From NCBI GenBank assembly GCA_018398765.1, contig JAHBMJ010000091.1, positions 1 to 57,065 on the forward strand: DNA of 57,065 nt, written 5' to 3'. This document shows positions 34,561 to 46,226 of this stretch, piece by piece. A program made the translations under genes and the position numbers. The notes below the pieces were generated by a model. That model saw only the letters and a program-made list of their open reading frames with translations, did not search any database and was not told where the DNA came from. Origin of the DNA: Chromera velia. Its lineage: Eukaryota. Position 1 is the first letter of the stretch. Each line of letters starts with the position of its first letter.

Positions 34561-37392
34561 ATGGAAACGCATGAATCTTTCCAGCAGGAGGATCCCGTTG
34601 ACCACCCGGACGTTGGTTTACCTGACCTACTGCCCTTAGTCCCTGCAGACGTTGAAATGGAGGACGCCCAGGCAGAGGAGGGAGACGGCAGGGGGGGTGG
34701 TGGTTTGGCAGAGGGCGGTTCAGACCGTCAGGCCGCTGGGAAGAGGCAAAGGGAGGGGCTTGGTGCCCATGAGGCCCCAGAGGGGCAGACGGGGGGAATG
34801 TTTGGCCGTTCAATCAATGCGCTGAGCGATGGGGGAGGGGGAGACGGCGCTTTTGCCAGTGGGGAGGCCTCTCGCGGCGCCAAGTCTCGTCGTCTCTCCG
34901 AGTCCGGAGATACCCCTTCCGGCTCGGCTGCAGCGGCAGCGGCAGCGCGTGGAAGCGCTGCAAACCGCAAAGTGTGCGAGCATGGCCGTCGTCCGGATGT
35001 TTGCAAGGAGTGTGGGGGCACCGGCATCTGCGTGCACGGGGTGCGACGTGAAACGTGCAAGGATTGCGGTGGTAGCAGCATCTGTGAACACGGAAAACGG
35101 CGCTACCACTGCAGGGAGTGTGGGGGGGGGAATTTTTGTGTTCATGGACGGGAGCGGAGAAGGTGCCGTGAATGTGGCGGCAGGGACATTTGTCCGCACG
35201 ATCGGCAGCGCGCTTCTTGCAAGGAGTGCGGGGGACGTCGAATTTGTCCGCACAATCGCCGCCGCGATGAGTGCAAGGACTGTGGGGGGAGCAGAATCTG
35301 TGAGCATGGAAAGCGCCGTGATAGGTGCAAGCTTGGTTGCAAGGAAAAGAGCCTGTCCACCCACGGCCGCCAAACTGTCTCATGTCAAGAAGAGGGGGGG
35401 GGGAGTAGTACCTGTGTTCATGGGAAGGCTCAAGCAGATTGTAAGGATTGTGAGCTCAGCAGAGTCTGCGAGCATGGTAAGCGTCGTTATCAGTGTAAGG
35501 ACTGCGTACGTCCGGGCATCTGCGAGCATGGCCGTCAGCGTGCCAAATGCGCACAATGCGGCAGCAGGTGCGAACATGGTCGGCTTTCTGCTGTATGCAG
35601 AAAGTGCCGGCCAGATTTTTGTGTACACGGAAAGAGGCGTAGAAATGAGTGCAAGGAGTGTAGAGGCAGTAGCATCTGCGAGCACGGAGTTCGCCGTGAC
35701 AGATGCAAAGAGTGTAAGGGGAACGGTGTGTGTGAGCACGGACGGCGACGTGACTGTTGCCGGCAGTGTGGGGGTGTGAGATTCTGTGTCCATGACCGAG
35801 AGCGAGCAAGTTGCAAGCAGTGCAAAGGTAGGCGGATCTGTGAGCATGGACGGAGGCAAACTGAGTGCAAAGAGTGTGGGGGTAGTCGTATCTGTGAGCA
35901 CAAACGTCGTCGTGATGAATGCAAGGAGTGCGTTTGTTCCCACGGACGCATCCGTGGTGTTTGCGAAGAGTGCACCGCAGAGCAGAACTTGAGACTGTGT
36001 GCACACGGCCGAAGACCCGATCAGTGCAGAGACTGTGGGGGTGCGCGCATTTGCGAGCACGGCCGTCGTCGTGACAGATGCATTGATTGCAGGGGGTCCG
36101 GGATTTGTTTGCATGGGCAGCGTCGAGATTCATGCAGACAGTTTCCCTGTGTGCTGCGCCCGCTCTGTGAGCACGGGAAAGAAGTGTCGTTGTGTAGGGA
36201 GTGTGGGGGGGAGCGGTTGTGCGTGCACGAGCGGCGGCGGGACCAGTGTCGCGAGTGTGGGGGGTCCCGGTATTGCTTGCATGAGCGGCGGCGGGACGAG
36301 TGCAAAGAATGCGACTGTCCTCACGGAATTCTCCGTGGGACATGTTCTGAGTGCAATTTGAAAGTGAAGAAAAGAACCCCCTGTCCGCATGGCCGGAGAC
36401 GGGAGAGATGTAAGGATTGTGGGGGCAGTGGGATTTGTGTGCACGGGCGAGAGCGTCGCCGGTGTGCAGTTTGTCGTTCTGTTTCCCGCGAAATTGCGGT
36501 ATCACGGGAAGGGGGGCAGGGACAGCTTGGTCACCCGTATGCAGAAGAATTACAGCCGGGGTGCGTGTTGCATCCGTCAGGTGAGACCGAACAGCCTCCT
36601 CAGCGAGTTCGCACAGGCTCTTCTGGCCCGAAGAGAAAGAAAACTTGCGAGCACGGCATCGAACGTCGAGTTTGCGAGCAGTGCAATCAAAGCAAAAGTG
36701 CAAGCAAGAGCCAAAGCCGCCCTGAGCCCCCCCCCTGTCCCCATGGTCTCGTGCGGAAATTGTGTAAAAACTGCCGTCGCGGTCGCCCGTGCGAGCACGA
36801 ACGACGCCGCGATGAATGCAAAGAGTGTGGAGGCAGCAGAATATGCGACCATGGAAAACGCCGTGACCGTTGCAAGGATTGTGGGGGGCGTGGGGTTTGT
36901 GAACACGGGAGGCGTCGTGGTGAGTGCAAAGAGTGTGTGTGTGTCCATGGGCACCCCCGCGGCTCTTGCGAGGATTGTGCACCAACGAACAAGTGTGCAC
37001 ACGGTCGGCGTAAAGATCAGTGCAAAGAGTGTGGTGGCTCCAGGTTCTGTGAACACGGTAAGCGACGCGACAGGTGCACGGCCTGTGAGGGATCTGGAAT
37101 CTGTGAACACGGCCGGCGTCGTGACAGGTGTAAGGAATGTGGGGTCAGCAGTGTTTGCGAGCATGGAAAACGCCCCAACGGCAGCCTTGGCTGTCAGGGC
37201 TCGGGGAAGGAGAGGGGAGAGGAGGAGCAGAGAGGGGCCTCGTGTGACCCCGGAGATTTGCAGAGAGGGGGGGAAGGTCAGTTCGTTGAAGAAACAGGGC
37301 ACGAGGATGGGCAGCGGATTGAGGAATCCGAAGAAAGTGGAGCGGTCGAGCAAGCGGTTGGGCAAGACAGTGAAAAGCCGAGGGAGGCCTAA
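34561..37392 (+). CDS. Intronless protein with ~36-38 tandem C-x-H-x6-C-x2-C zinc-binding repeats (CEHGRRRxxCKECGGSxI type)
   Basis: Open 951-codon ORF (first ATG at 34561). Acidic N- and C-terminal tails flank the repeat array. Confidence 0.9.
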   Translation: METHESFQQEDPVDHPDVGLPDLLPLVPADVEMEDAQAEEGDGRGGGGLAEGGSDRQAAGKRQREGLGAHEAPEGQTGGMFGRSINALSDGGGGDGAFASGEASRGAKSRRLSESGDTPSGSAAAAAAARGSAANRKVCEHGRRPDVCKECGGTGICVHGVRRETCKDCGGSSICEHGKRRYHCRECGGGNFCVHGRERRRCRECGGRDICPHDRQRASCKECGGRRICPHNRRRDECKDCGGSRICEHGKRRDRCKLGCKEKSLSTHGRQTVSCQEEGGGSSTCVHGKAQADCKDCELSRVCEHGKRRYQCKDCVRPGICEHGRQRAKCAQCGSRCEHGRLSAVCRKCRPDFCVHGKRRRNECKECRGSSICEHGVRRDRCKECKGNGVCEHGRRRDCCRQCGGVRFCVHDRERASCKQCKGRRICEHGRRQTECKECGGSRICEHKRRRDECKECVCSHGRIRGVCEECTAEQNLRLCAHGRRPDQCRDCGGARICEHGRRRDRCIDCRGSGICLHGQRRDSCRQFPCVLRPLCEHGKEVSLCRECGGERLCVHERRRDQCRECGGSRYCLHERRRDECKECDCPHGILRGTCSECNLKVKKRTPCPHGRRRERCKDCGGSGICVHGRERRRCAVCRSVSREIAVSREGGQGQLGHPYAEELQPGCVLHPSGETEQPPQRVRTGSSGPKRKKTCEHGIERRVCEQCNQSKSASKSQSRPEPPPCPHGLVRKLCKNCRRGRPCEHERRRDECKECGGSRICDHGKRRDRCKDCGGRGVCEHGRRRGECKECVCVHGHPRGSCEDCAPTNKCAHGRRKDQCKECGGSRFCEHGKRRDRCTACEGSGICEHGRRRDRCKECGVSSVCEHGKRPNGSLGCQGSGKERGEEEQRGASCDPGDLQRGGEGQFVEETGHEDGQRIEESEESGAVEQAVGQDSEKPREA

Positions 37393-38927
37393 GCATACTG
37401 ACAGTTATATGCAGCTATCATCTATATGATAAGTCAGGTCTCATTATTATTATAGAATTTGGCTTTAGGCTGCTGTAGTGATATTACTGTGATAAAGCTA
37501 TCGCCACTAGGTGCGTGGATTAGCGATCGAACTGGACATAGATTTCATGGAATATATATATAAAAAATATTAGTAACAAAAAATTTAGCAAAAAATGAGT
37601 AATCAGGTTATAATCTTGATTGATTTGCTAGGCTCTGCACTATACATAAAAAAAAATAAAAGATTAGAAAAACTTAAATTTTTTCAAGTTTTATAGATTT
37701 TTTTTTTATTTATCATGGCACTCAATAGGCAAACAACTGTTGTTCCTAGTGTTGTTCAAGTGTTACAAGAGTGTTACGCGGGTTGTTGCGTTGAAAACTA
37801 TATACTTTTTAGTTGATAAATAAAAAAAAAATAAAAGATTGAAAACTTTTTTTTTTTTTAATGGAGTGCAATGCCTTTTTTCGTTTTTGAATGGGAAGCT
37901 TTTTTTCGTTTTTGAATGAAAAAACGTTCATGATCACAAAAAGGATGAATGAGGATAAAAGCATGTCGAAGCCTAGTTGATTTGATTTGATTTATATAAT
38001 TAACTGCATACTTGATTGATTATAACATTATGATCGTGCAGTATGCTAGGCAGTATGGTGATACCGTTACAGCAAATTAATTTAGAACTCAAAATTTTTA
38101 AGAGTATAAAAAGGAGTACCACTGTACCATACAGGTCAAATCTACGGTCAAATGAGTTATAAACTATAGGTTATGGATGGAAAACGTCCACTTTCAGGCT
38201 ATATTACTAAAGAGCATGATTGATGAGAAAACACGTCTCTCGAATTAAAGATTGGAACTTTATTCTAGTTTATAATTTCACATGACACTAGACATAACAT
38301 AAAAAGCAATAACAACAGTTGAACAACTGTTTTCGGAACTTTTTTCTCCTTATAAACAAGTCCACAGCAATAGGGGCGGCATGCATAGAAATTATAAATC
38401 TAACATATATCTACATATATATAAAAATGAAAGTCATGCCAGCTAGTGACATATCAAATCTATCTACATATGCCCGCAGTGACTGTCATGCATTGGCTGT
38501 GGTTAAAGGTTGAGAGAGAGACCAGAGAGAAAACTTTGAAAGCAATATACATAGATCGGAGACATATGAGGCTGATTAATTCATTTCTTATTGTTGGATG
38601 TGCAGCCATTGCTAGAGCCATTGCTTGGTTCATTTTCGGAGACACAGACCCATTTGTCTGTTGCAAGCTTAAAAAAGTTCTTCAACTGATTCAATTACTT
38701 TGTAGCACTTTTTGCTGGACACCCTTTATGCAATTCGCCCACCACAACAGAACATCCAAAAAAAGAGCTTCTTTGTACTCCCATTTACAGAGATGTAAAG
38801 TAACTTCCTGGAAGAATTTCAGTTTTGCTACCACACCCCTTGTGCCTGTGGCATACTGAAGTGAGAACATATGGAGAGGCCGGTTGCGATTGGCATTGTC
38901 AGCAGGTCCCTTTCTCCCTCTGATTGG

Positions 38928-39124
38928 TCAGGCCATCTGCTCGGCCTGCAGTGCCAACTCCTCTGCTCTCTCCCTTCGCTCCCTCTCTCTCTTCTCGAAG
39001 CCAGCCCGCCACATCTCTGCCCTGCACCAGGATACCCACACAAATAGACATACTGACGCAACAAATCGTTTTTGCCTATGCTTTTTCTTAAAGCAAACAG
39101 ACCTACTGGCAGCCACAAATATGT

Positions 39125-39166
<42 letters not shown>

Positions 39167-39247
39167 ATGCACTCACACAAATACACACACACTCCCTCCC
39201 TCCCTCCCTCCCTCCCTCCTTCCCTGACTGACTGACTCACTCACTCA

Positions 39248-39310
<63 letters not shown>

Positions 39311-39791
39311 ATAAACAAATGCGGATCACAGAGATGGCCCACGCATACAGTCAAAGAAGGAATCACTCTTCCACTCTCAGGCAGATCGACTGACCATTCC
39401 AAGTCGAGATCGGTCAGAGGCGAGTGGTCCTGCAGACAGACATGCCGAGGGAGGGGAAGGGGGGGGGGGGGGGGGGGAAGGAAGGGGGAATATCCACACA
39501 CAAAAGGCGAACGATTGAAGGTCGCGTGATCTGTCTCCCAGGAGTCAGCAATGAAAAACTCTCTTCATCAGAAGCATGGGCGTGTGCATGTGAGGAGGAG
39601 AAAGAAAAGAGAGACAGACAGAAAGAAACGCAGAAAGAAACAAAGAAAGGAAGACAGACAAAGACACAGACAGAAGGAAAGAAAGAAAGGCAGACAGACA
39701 GACAAACAGAGAGACAGACAGACAAACAGAGAGACAGACAGACAAACAGAGAGACAGACAGACAAACAGAGAGACAGACAGACAGAGAGAC

Positions 39792-39822
<31 letters not shown>

Positions 39823-42200
39823 GAGAAAGAGAGAAAGCAAAAAAATAAGTAAACAAATAAATACATAAATGAATAAAGAAAGAAAGAAAGAAAGAGGGAG
39901 GGATGGAGTGCCCCCTTATAGTCTTGAGACAGAGCGTCGGTCACAGGCAGTGACTTCTCAGAATCGGGGAGACTTGCAGAGAGGACTACAAAAACGGATC
40001 AATATCTCAAATGAACAAAATGATGACAGTGTCCAAGGAAAGGGAAAGAAAAAGCAAAACACACTGACCAAATGCTTCAACCCTGGCACTGCGCCCATCA
40101 CATAGGTCCTGTACAGAGGGTTTGCCTCGAATGGGTTTCCGTTCAGTGTCAAGGTCCTGCAGAAAGGAGTTCAGAACAAAACTTGCCGTTGCTTTACTCA
40201 CCTCTGTAGTGTCAGTATTTGAGAAACTGATGTTGAGCAGGAGTGAGACCAGATTCAGATAGGCAGACCACTTTCCACGGCAGACTCCCACAGAGAATGA
40301 GGGAACAAAAGGACGCAGTGAGGAAGGAACAAACGTGGAAGTGTGAAAGCAACAAAAGAGTTTTATTTTCTGATCCTCGACTGTAAGGCTGATTTTCCTG
40401 TCCTGTCGGTACGCAGGGTCAAAGGGAGGGTAAGAAGAGAAGCGGACAGGCAGGGAAGAGGAGGATTTCTAAAGGAAGAAAAATACCTAGACAGCCTCTT
40501 TTCGTGAACGGACAAAAGGAAGGAAGGAAAAAGAAATGAAAACAAACAAGAAGGAAAAAAAAAAAAAAGAACAAAATCTCCACCCAACCACCCGATGACC
40601 CCCTATCCACTGACTCACTTGAGTCCGGGAAGTTCCCTCAGTTTGTCGACCTCCTTCAGTCTGCAGCCATTCAGAAACACAAAATCACTTTCCATTGGTT
40701 GAAAAGGAGGCACTGCATAAATTCCAAAGCTGAGAGGGGTGATTCAGAAGTTGTGCGAGGCGGGGATTGGCGCTCTCTTTGGTTAAGAAACAAAATGGCG
40801 AGGTCATTCAACAGTTTGTCTGACGAACACTTGAGCTTGTCTGCGGACAGAGCGTTAGAGCCCGACTTTTTTTCCCTCTAATTCTCTCTCCTTTTTGCTT
40901 TTTTCCCCACCATTTTTCCCTCTGCTGCTCTCTCCTTGACCTACTTTGTGAATTTATTTGCGTGCAGGTAGAGAGTGTGAAGGTTGGGGAATTGCAGCAG
41001 CGAGTCCTCGATTCTCCTCAACTTGTTGAACGAAACATCGAGCCAGAGAAGCCGAGCGGCAGGGTGGGGCATCACATGCAGGAGCGCCTGTGGAAGGATC
41101 TCCAGTGATTGGATCTGCGAGGGGGGGGACCGTTCGCGAAAAGAAAAGGAAAGGGGAGTCGGTGGAGGCCAAAGCAGGGGATTCGCTTGTTCAGAAGACG
41201 GGAAGGAAGGAAGCAATGTTTCAAGTGCTTTTGTGGAATGAACGTGTACCTGTACGAGACAAGCAGGGAAAAAGAGACTTCATGGGTAAGATTCCCCCTA
41301 CAGCACTTGAAAGGCAGAGAAATGAAGTGGGGGAACTCGCGAGATCTAAAGCTGCTTACGATCTCATTCTTGGTAAAAATACTTGCAAGGTGAAAGAAGG
41401 GTGGTCACTTGCTCGGTAAATTGGCGTGAAACCGGGTTGCAGTGCACACTCCCTTTCCAGAACCTCTCCTTTTTGATCAGTGAATTGGTCAATGAGGGAC
41501 CGATTCGTAAAGAGCAGAGCATTGCCTTTCGCACTGTAGATGATGTAATTCAGCATGCAAATTGAGAGACGTGGTGAGAAAGCACAGTCAAAGATCAGCG
41601 AAATAAGCAGACGGGTTGATGCACAGACCTCATTGTTGGAAAGGCGCACGGAGGTCGGAATTGAAACCACAAGTTTTTGTTTCGCGCTGATTGCCTGCTT
41701 GATTGCCGGTTGGGAGAGCGCCGCAGTGGTGTTTCCAGGGCCCTGCAAAAGGTCATTCGTTTACGCAGTTCAGAAGTTTTCAGACTCATTTCTTTCCATG
41801 GACTCCTGCAAGCATGCGAATCTCCTCAGACATGTATTCAAAAAAGTGACTGACCTGCAAGAGGACCTTCTGGGTGTCCATGGTTGACTGCAGTACGGTG
41901 CTTGACATCGATTCAGCGGCAGTGCTTTGCGTCTTGTCCCCCCTTTCTCCCTCCACCCTCTTGTCAGGCTTCTTGACGCCAAACCGAGGGTCCTCTTCTT
42001 CCAGCTCTGCAAGCGAAAGGAAGTGTATATGGGTCGGGCTTGAAGATGCATGGAAGGAAGGAAGCGCGCGCTCCAGTATCGATTCACGGTCTCTTTTACT
42101 CACCACTGAGGTCCTTTATCTCCTTGTACGAGAAGTCAATTGGCAGATGGCTCACCACATAGGCAGGCTGTCTGTGCGTCCCTCCCTTGGGCGACTCCAT
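38928..42200 (-). CDS. LRRC51: Leucine-rich repeat protein LRRC51-like (cilia/flagella-associated), ~8 exons
   Basis: Exons give HLPIDFSYKEIKDLS|ELEEEDPRFG..., SVRLSNNE|IQSL, LLWLDVSFNKLRRIEDSLLQFPNLHTLYLHANKF, LKEVDKLRELPGL, TLTLNGNPFEANPLYRTYVMGAVPGLKHL|DHSPLT and W|AEMWRAGFEKRERE...MA*. Confidence 0.82.
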
Positions 42201-42770
42201 CTCAACAGTACCGCAAAGACAGGCAGACAGCTATATACAGGTAGGCAGACTGACTGAGCTCAACTGAATTGTCAAAGAGAAGTTGGCAGGTAGGCACTCG
42301 GCTGAGCAAGTGATCAAAGGCAGTGGTACTTGGTCAATCAGTAGGATGAGTTGTGTATTCTCTCGCCTACTAGCGCACCAGCCACCAGGCTGTCTGTGGA
42401 GAAAAACACAGGTCGATCAAATTATATAAAGCAAGGCAATCCACTACGAATGGCGTCGGGCCCCGGCGACGCACCATGATCGGCGTGGGGGCGCGGCTCC
42501 CGGCCCCACGCCAATAATAATGATGCATGCCTCATGCATCAATCAGTCTGTCAGAAGTGAGTGGTGGACTGACTTCTGGACGACAGTGAGTGAGCTGTCC
42601 TCGTATGTGGTGTTAATACTCCGGAAGCTTGTGCATAAGCGTGCTGTTGAACACTTTTCCGTCGTGGGCAGGGCAGGTTGTGTTTGGTTTCGTTGCGGGA
42701 AGGTTGCACGAGAGACTGCAGTTCAGCCCTGTGCTCGTCCATCCGTGTCTTCGTTCGGGGTTTTGTTATC

Positions 42771-43412
42771 ATGAGTCTGGCCTGTCTTGCATTTTTGCTG
42801 CTTTCCTGGCATTGTGCTGCCTTCATTCCCAACCAGCCAGTATGGAGACGTGCAGCATCGCTGACAAGAAGCGGGGAACGGATGGAGACGGCTCTGCAGG
42901 AGACTGCAGAAGGCGATGCTGAGTGGAAGGGAGCTGAAGCCGTCTCCGGTCTTACAAAGGGTGTGGATGCAATCTTTGACATTGAAAAGATCAAGACGAT
43001 TCTTCCCCATCGATATCCATTCCTTCTGGTCGACAAGGTGATTGAGTTCGAACCGGGAAAGAGAGCTGTCGGCATCAAGAATGTGGCAATGAATGAGCCG
43101 CAGTTCACCGGTCACTTTCCTGAGCGGGCAATCATGCCGGGAGTTTTGCAAGTGGAGGCGATGGCTCAGCTCGGAGGAGTTGTATGCCTGCAGGATCCTG
43201 TTTCCGATGGTACTGGTGATTTCTTTTTTGCGGGTGTCGATGGAGTCCGCTGGAAGAGACCTGTGGTGCCTGGAGACACTCTTGTAATGGAGATGGAGCT
43301 GGTGTCGTGGAAACCGAAGTTTGGTATTGCGAAAATGAAGGGATCGGCGTACGTCAACGGAGAGAAGGCCATTGAGGTTAAGGAGTTCATTTTTGCGCTC
43401 GTCAAATCCTAA
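42771..43412 (+). CDS. fabZ: Plastid-targeted beta-hydroxyacyl-ACP dehydratase (type II fatty acid synthesis), intronless
   Basis: LPHRYPFLLVDKV, NEPQFTGHFPERAIMPGVLQVEAMAQ and PVVPGDTL. N-terminal signal peptide MSLACLAFLLLSWHCAA followed by Phe and a transit-like stretch. Confidence 0.95.
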   Translation: MSLACLAFLLLSWHCAAFIPNQPVWRRAASLTRSGERMETALQETAEGDAEWKGAEAVSGLTKGVDAIFDIEKIKTILPHRYPFLLVDKVIEFEPGKRAVGIKNVAMNEPQFTGHFPERAIMPGVLQVEAMAQLGGVVCLQDPVSDGTGDFFFAGVDGVRWKRPVVPGDTLVMEMELVSWKPKFGIAKMKGSAYVNGEKAIEVKEFIFALVKS

Positions 43413-43786
43413 TTGTTCGAGAAACCTTTCCTAATTGTTCGAGAAACTTTGCCTCTGCCTAAGGATTTTTTGGTCACAGAGTTCGTCGACAAACGAAAAA
43501 AGGAACGTATGCAGGCACAAAGAAACTCCCAAGCGGTTATGAGATGCAACGATGAGGTCAAAATTGCTGTGAGAAACAAAGAAAAACAGAGCAGCTGTTT
43601 CAGACTTGAAAAGTTTTGTGCGTTCTTCATTGCTTCCAGGATTGCCCCTTCTCTTCCTCTCGCCGCCAAATCTGGTCGCCTTTCCGTCTGAGTCATCCAC
43701 GCACAAAAATGCTAGCGCTAGTGACGAACCCCTTCGTTTTTTTTGTTGACTTGATGGATCTTGCCTTCCACCTCGCTCCGAAGTCC

Positions 43787-43789
<3 letters not shown>

Positions 43790-43830
<41 letters not shown>

Positions 43831-43925
43831 CTTTTTTTCTTTCTTTCTTTCTTTCCTTTCTTTCTTTTCTTTCTTTCTTTCTTTCTTTTTCTTTCTTTCT
43901 TTCTTTTTCTTTCTTTCTTTCTTTT

Positions 43926-43965
<40 letters not shown>

Positions 43966-44085
43966 TCACTCTTTTTCTTTCTTTCTTTCTTTCTTTCTTT
44001 CACTCTTTTTCTTTCTTTCTTTCTTTCTTTCTTTCACTCTTTTTCTTTCACTCTTTTTCTTTCACTCTTTTTCTTTCACTCCTTT

Positions 44086-44141
<56 letters not shown>

Positions 44142-44251
44142 TCACTCTTTTTCTTTCTTTCTTTCTCTCTTTCTTTCTTTCTTTCTTTCTTTCTTTCACT
44201 CTTTTTCTTTCTTTCTTTCTCTCTTTCTTTCTTTCTTTCTTTCACTCTTTT

Positions 44252-44283
<32 letters not shown>

Positions 44284-44315
44284 TCACTTTTTTTCTTTCT
44301 TTCTTTCACTCTTTT

Positions 44316-44351
<36 letters not shown>

Positions 44352-44365
44352 GCACTCTTTTTCTC
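43790..44365. repeat. Long (TTTC)n microsatellite with interspersed TTTCACTCTTTT units
   Basis: Directly visible. Confidence 0.95.
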
Positions 44366-44429
44366 AATTACTCCCAAATGCGATACGGTCAATGCAGTGT
44401 TATGCAGTGTCCGAGTCCATACAATTGAC

Positions 44430-44777
44430 TTTAAATTATATATACACACATTTATGAATATAAGAGATCTTTGTATTAAATCGATCTTTGGTACTCAATT
44501 TATCCCTAGATCTAGCCCTAGATCGATTTACCCACTAATTTGCTTACTAGGATTTGTCGAGTTTAAAAGAATGATTACCACTGTTTTGGTTATACCAAAA
44601 GTTCCCCTGGTCAAAAACAACGGTAATCGATGTAACTGTGCATGATTACCGTAATTAACCAGAAAAATAGTTACTAGAGTTACCAGGCGGCCTAAGTTAA
44701 TTGGCCACCTAACGGCCGCCAAGGTAACTAAACAACTATAGCCAAACAAAGTTGGTTACTCCTAACAGCATAGTGTA
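44430..44777 (-). mobile_element. Truncated, inverted second copy of MITE family A
   Basis: Reverse complement starts TACACTATGCTGTTAGGAGTAAC (1 mismatch to the TIR at 1082). It continues collinearly with 1082-~1340 (GGCGGCC, TTACGGTAATC, AACCAAAACAGTGGTAATC, AAATTAGTGGGTAAAT, GTACCAAAGAT). The other TIR was not found. Confidence 0.8.
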
Positions 44778-45360
44778 CTAAGCATATGTAGAAGATCGGA
44801 ACTTTAATATATAATGATTCGTATTATAGTGAAATCTAAGTCATTATTCATAATTGATTGATAGGTTCTGCACTAGGCTTTCCCACTATGTCAATGATCA
44901 GTCAACCTGTTGTCATTTATGATGCAGTGATTTTAATATTACATGCTAGTACCTATGTTTTCCAGAGTACTATAGAACACAGTCCCCAGTCTATAAACTA
45001 GACTTAAAGAGTTGTTACCGCAAACACAAATAATTTATATTTAACAGAATTAATTGACGATTTCAAAAAAATTTTTATGAATCAAAACTTCTGAGCCATC
45101 ATGCAGCCTAGCATGCATGCCTTCAAACTTCGAAGTTTTCTTAACAATCCTGCAAATTTAATTAGCGCTCAAAAAGGACTGCACTCGAAATCTTCTGCGC
45201 GCTCGGAGTTCATGCAAACTGCGGTACCAAAACTAAGACACATGTTAACAGTTGGTGTATTTAAAAGCTGGGAGCTAGAACTTTTTCCTGTCACAAGTTC
45301 AAACGGTCACTGTCAACAGATCTGTCACTGTCTCGCTGAATTTCAAAGTCCATCACCATT

Positions 45361-46226
45361 TCAGAGCTTCTTCATTCTTTTCGTCAGTTTAAGCAGTCGG
45401 TCAACGACGGTCGGCTTCTTGGGGATGTATACTCTGCAACAGAGAGCAGCGTCACCCAATGAACGCACAGACCGGTTGAGAACTGGATACCTTTGTTTGA
45501 GAATTGGAAGCCTACTTTGCTTCTGCTTGCAGATCGTCGTCCGATCTCTTTGCCAGTTCAGCTTGCACTTCCACAAGGTCGGCAAGACGCTTGACCTGCT
45601 TTTGCTGCAGCAAAACATTCGTAAGCTTGTTTGTTTACGAACAAAAAAGAATGCCAGTGTCTAGAGGCAAGAGTTGAAGGGGAAGGCACCCGGGCACTAA
45701 GAACCTGTTGTGCCAGAATGTCGACGAAAGCAGTCTTATCGGCCTCCTCTTGGCCTTCGAGATCGGCAAGGCGATCACGTTCTTGCGCTCGCATCTCGGA
45801 AAGCTTGTTCAACTCCACAGAATCCAGCTGCGCGACTCAGCAACATGGGCGCTGTCCTGGACGGTCTAAGTTCCGCTTTATGGTCGAAAGTCCCGTCGAG
45901 CAAAGGTCAAAGCAGACAGACCGTTGGCTCTTCCATGTGGATGTTGATCACAGGAAAGGGAGGCGGGTTCTCATCTCCTGCAGGTTTTTGGAGAGCAGCG
46001 AAAAACCGCGTGGATTGAGGCTCCTTCATCCCGGGACCGCAGTCGTTTGACCGGTGACGGACCGACCTGCAAAGTAAGCTTTTTTCAAATGTAATGTGGA
46101 CAGCAGCATCGTTTGGAAGCTTCTTGTGGCACCGATTCAAATCTGAGGCTCGATACTCACGTGCGCGTTGTTCACAAGCGCATTGGAAACGATTAGGAGA
46201 GAGAGAAAGAGGCAGTACTTCAGCAT
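45361..46226 (-). CDS. Small putatively secreted coiled-coil protein of unknown function, ~5 exons
   Basis: Signal-like MLKYCLFLSLLIVSNA. Exons ...PPFPVINIHMEEPT|LDSVELNKLSEMRAQERDRL...LAQQ|LTNVLLQQKQVKRLADLVEVQAEL...|VYIPKKPTVVDRLLKLTKRMKKL* join in phase at GT-AG sites. The 5' exon junction is uncertain. Confidence 0.55.

Noticed and set aside
34728..37429. Long overlapping and antisense ORFs over the CxH-repeat gene
   Set aside because: Shadow frames of a GC-rich repetitive coding sequence.
37640..37870. Inverted repeats in the AT island after the CxH-repeat gene
   Set aside because: The arms are mostly poly-A/poly-T, and no TSD or defined TIR was found.
2587..44645. Numerous ORFs rich in LSLS, VCVC, THTH, ERER, SQSV or FLSF
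   Set aside because: These are translations of intronic or intergenic microsatellites, not genes.
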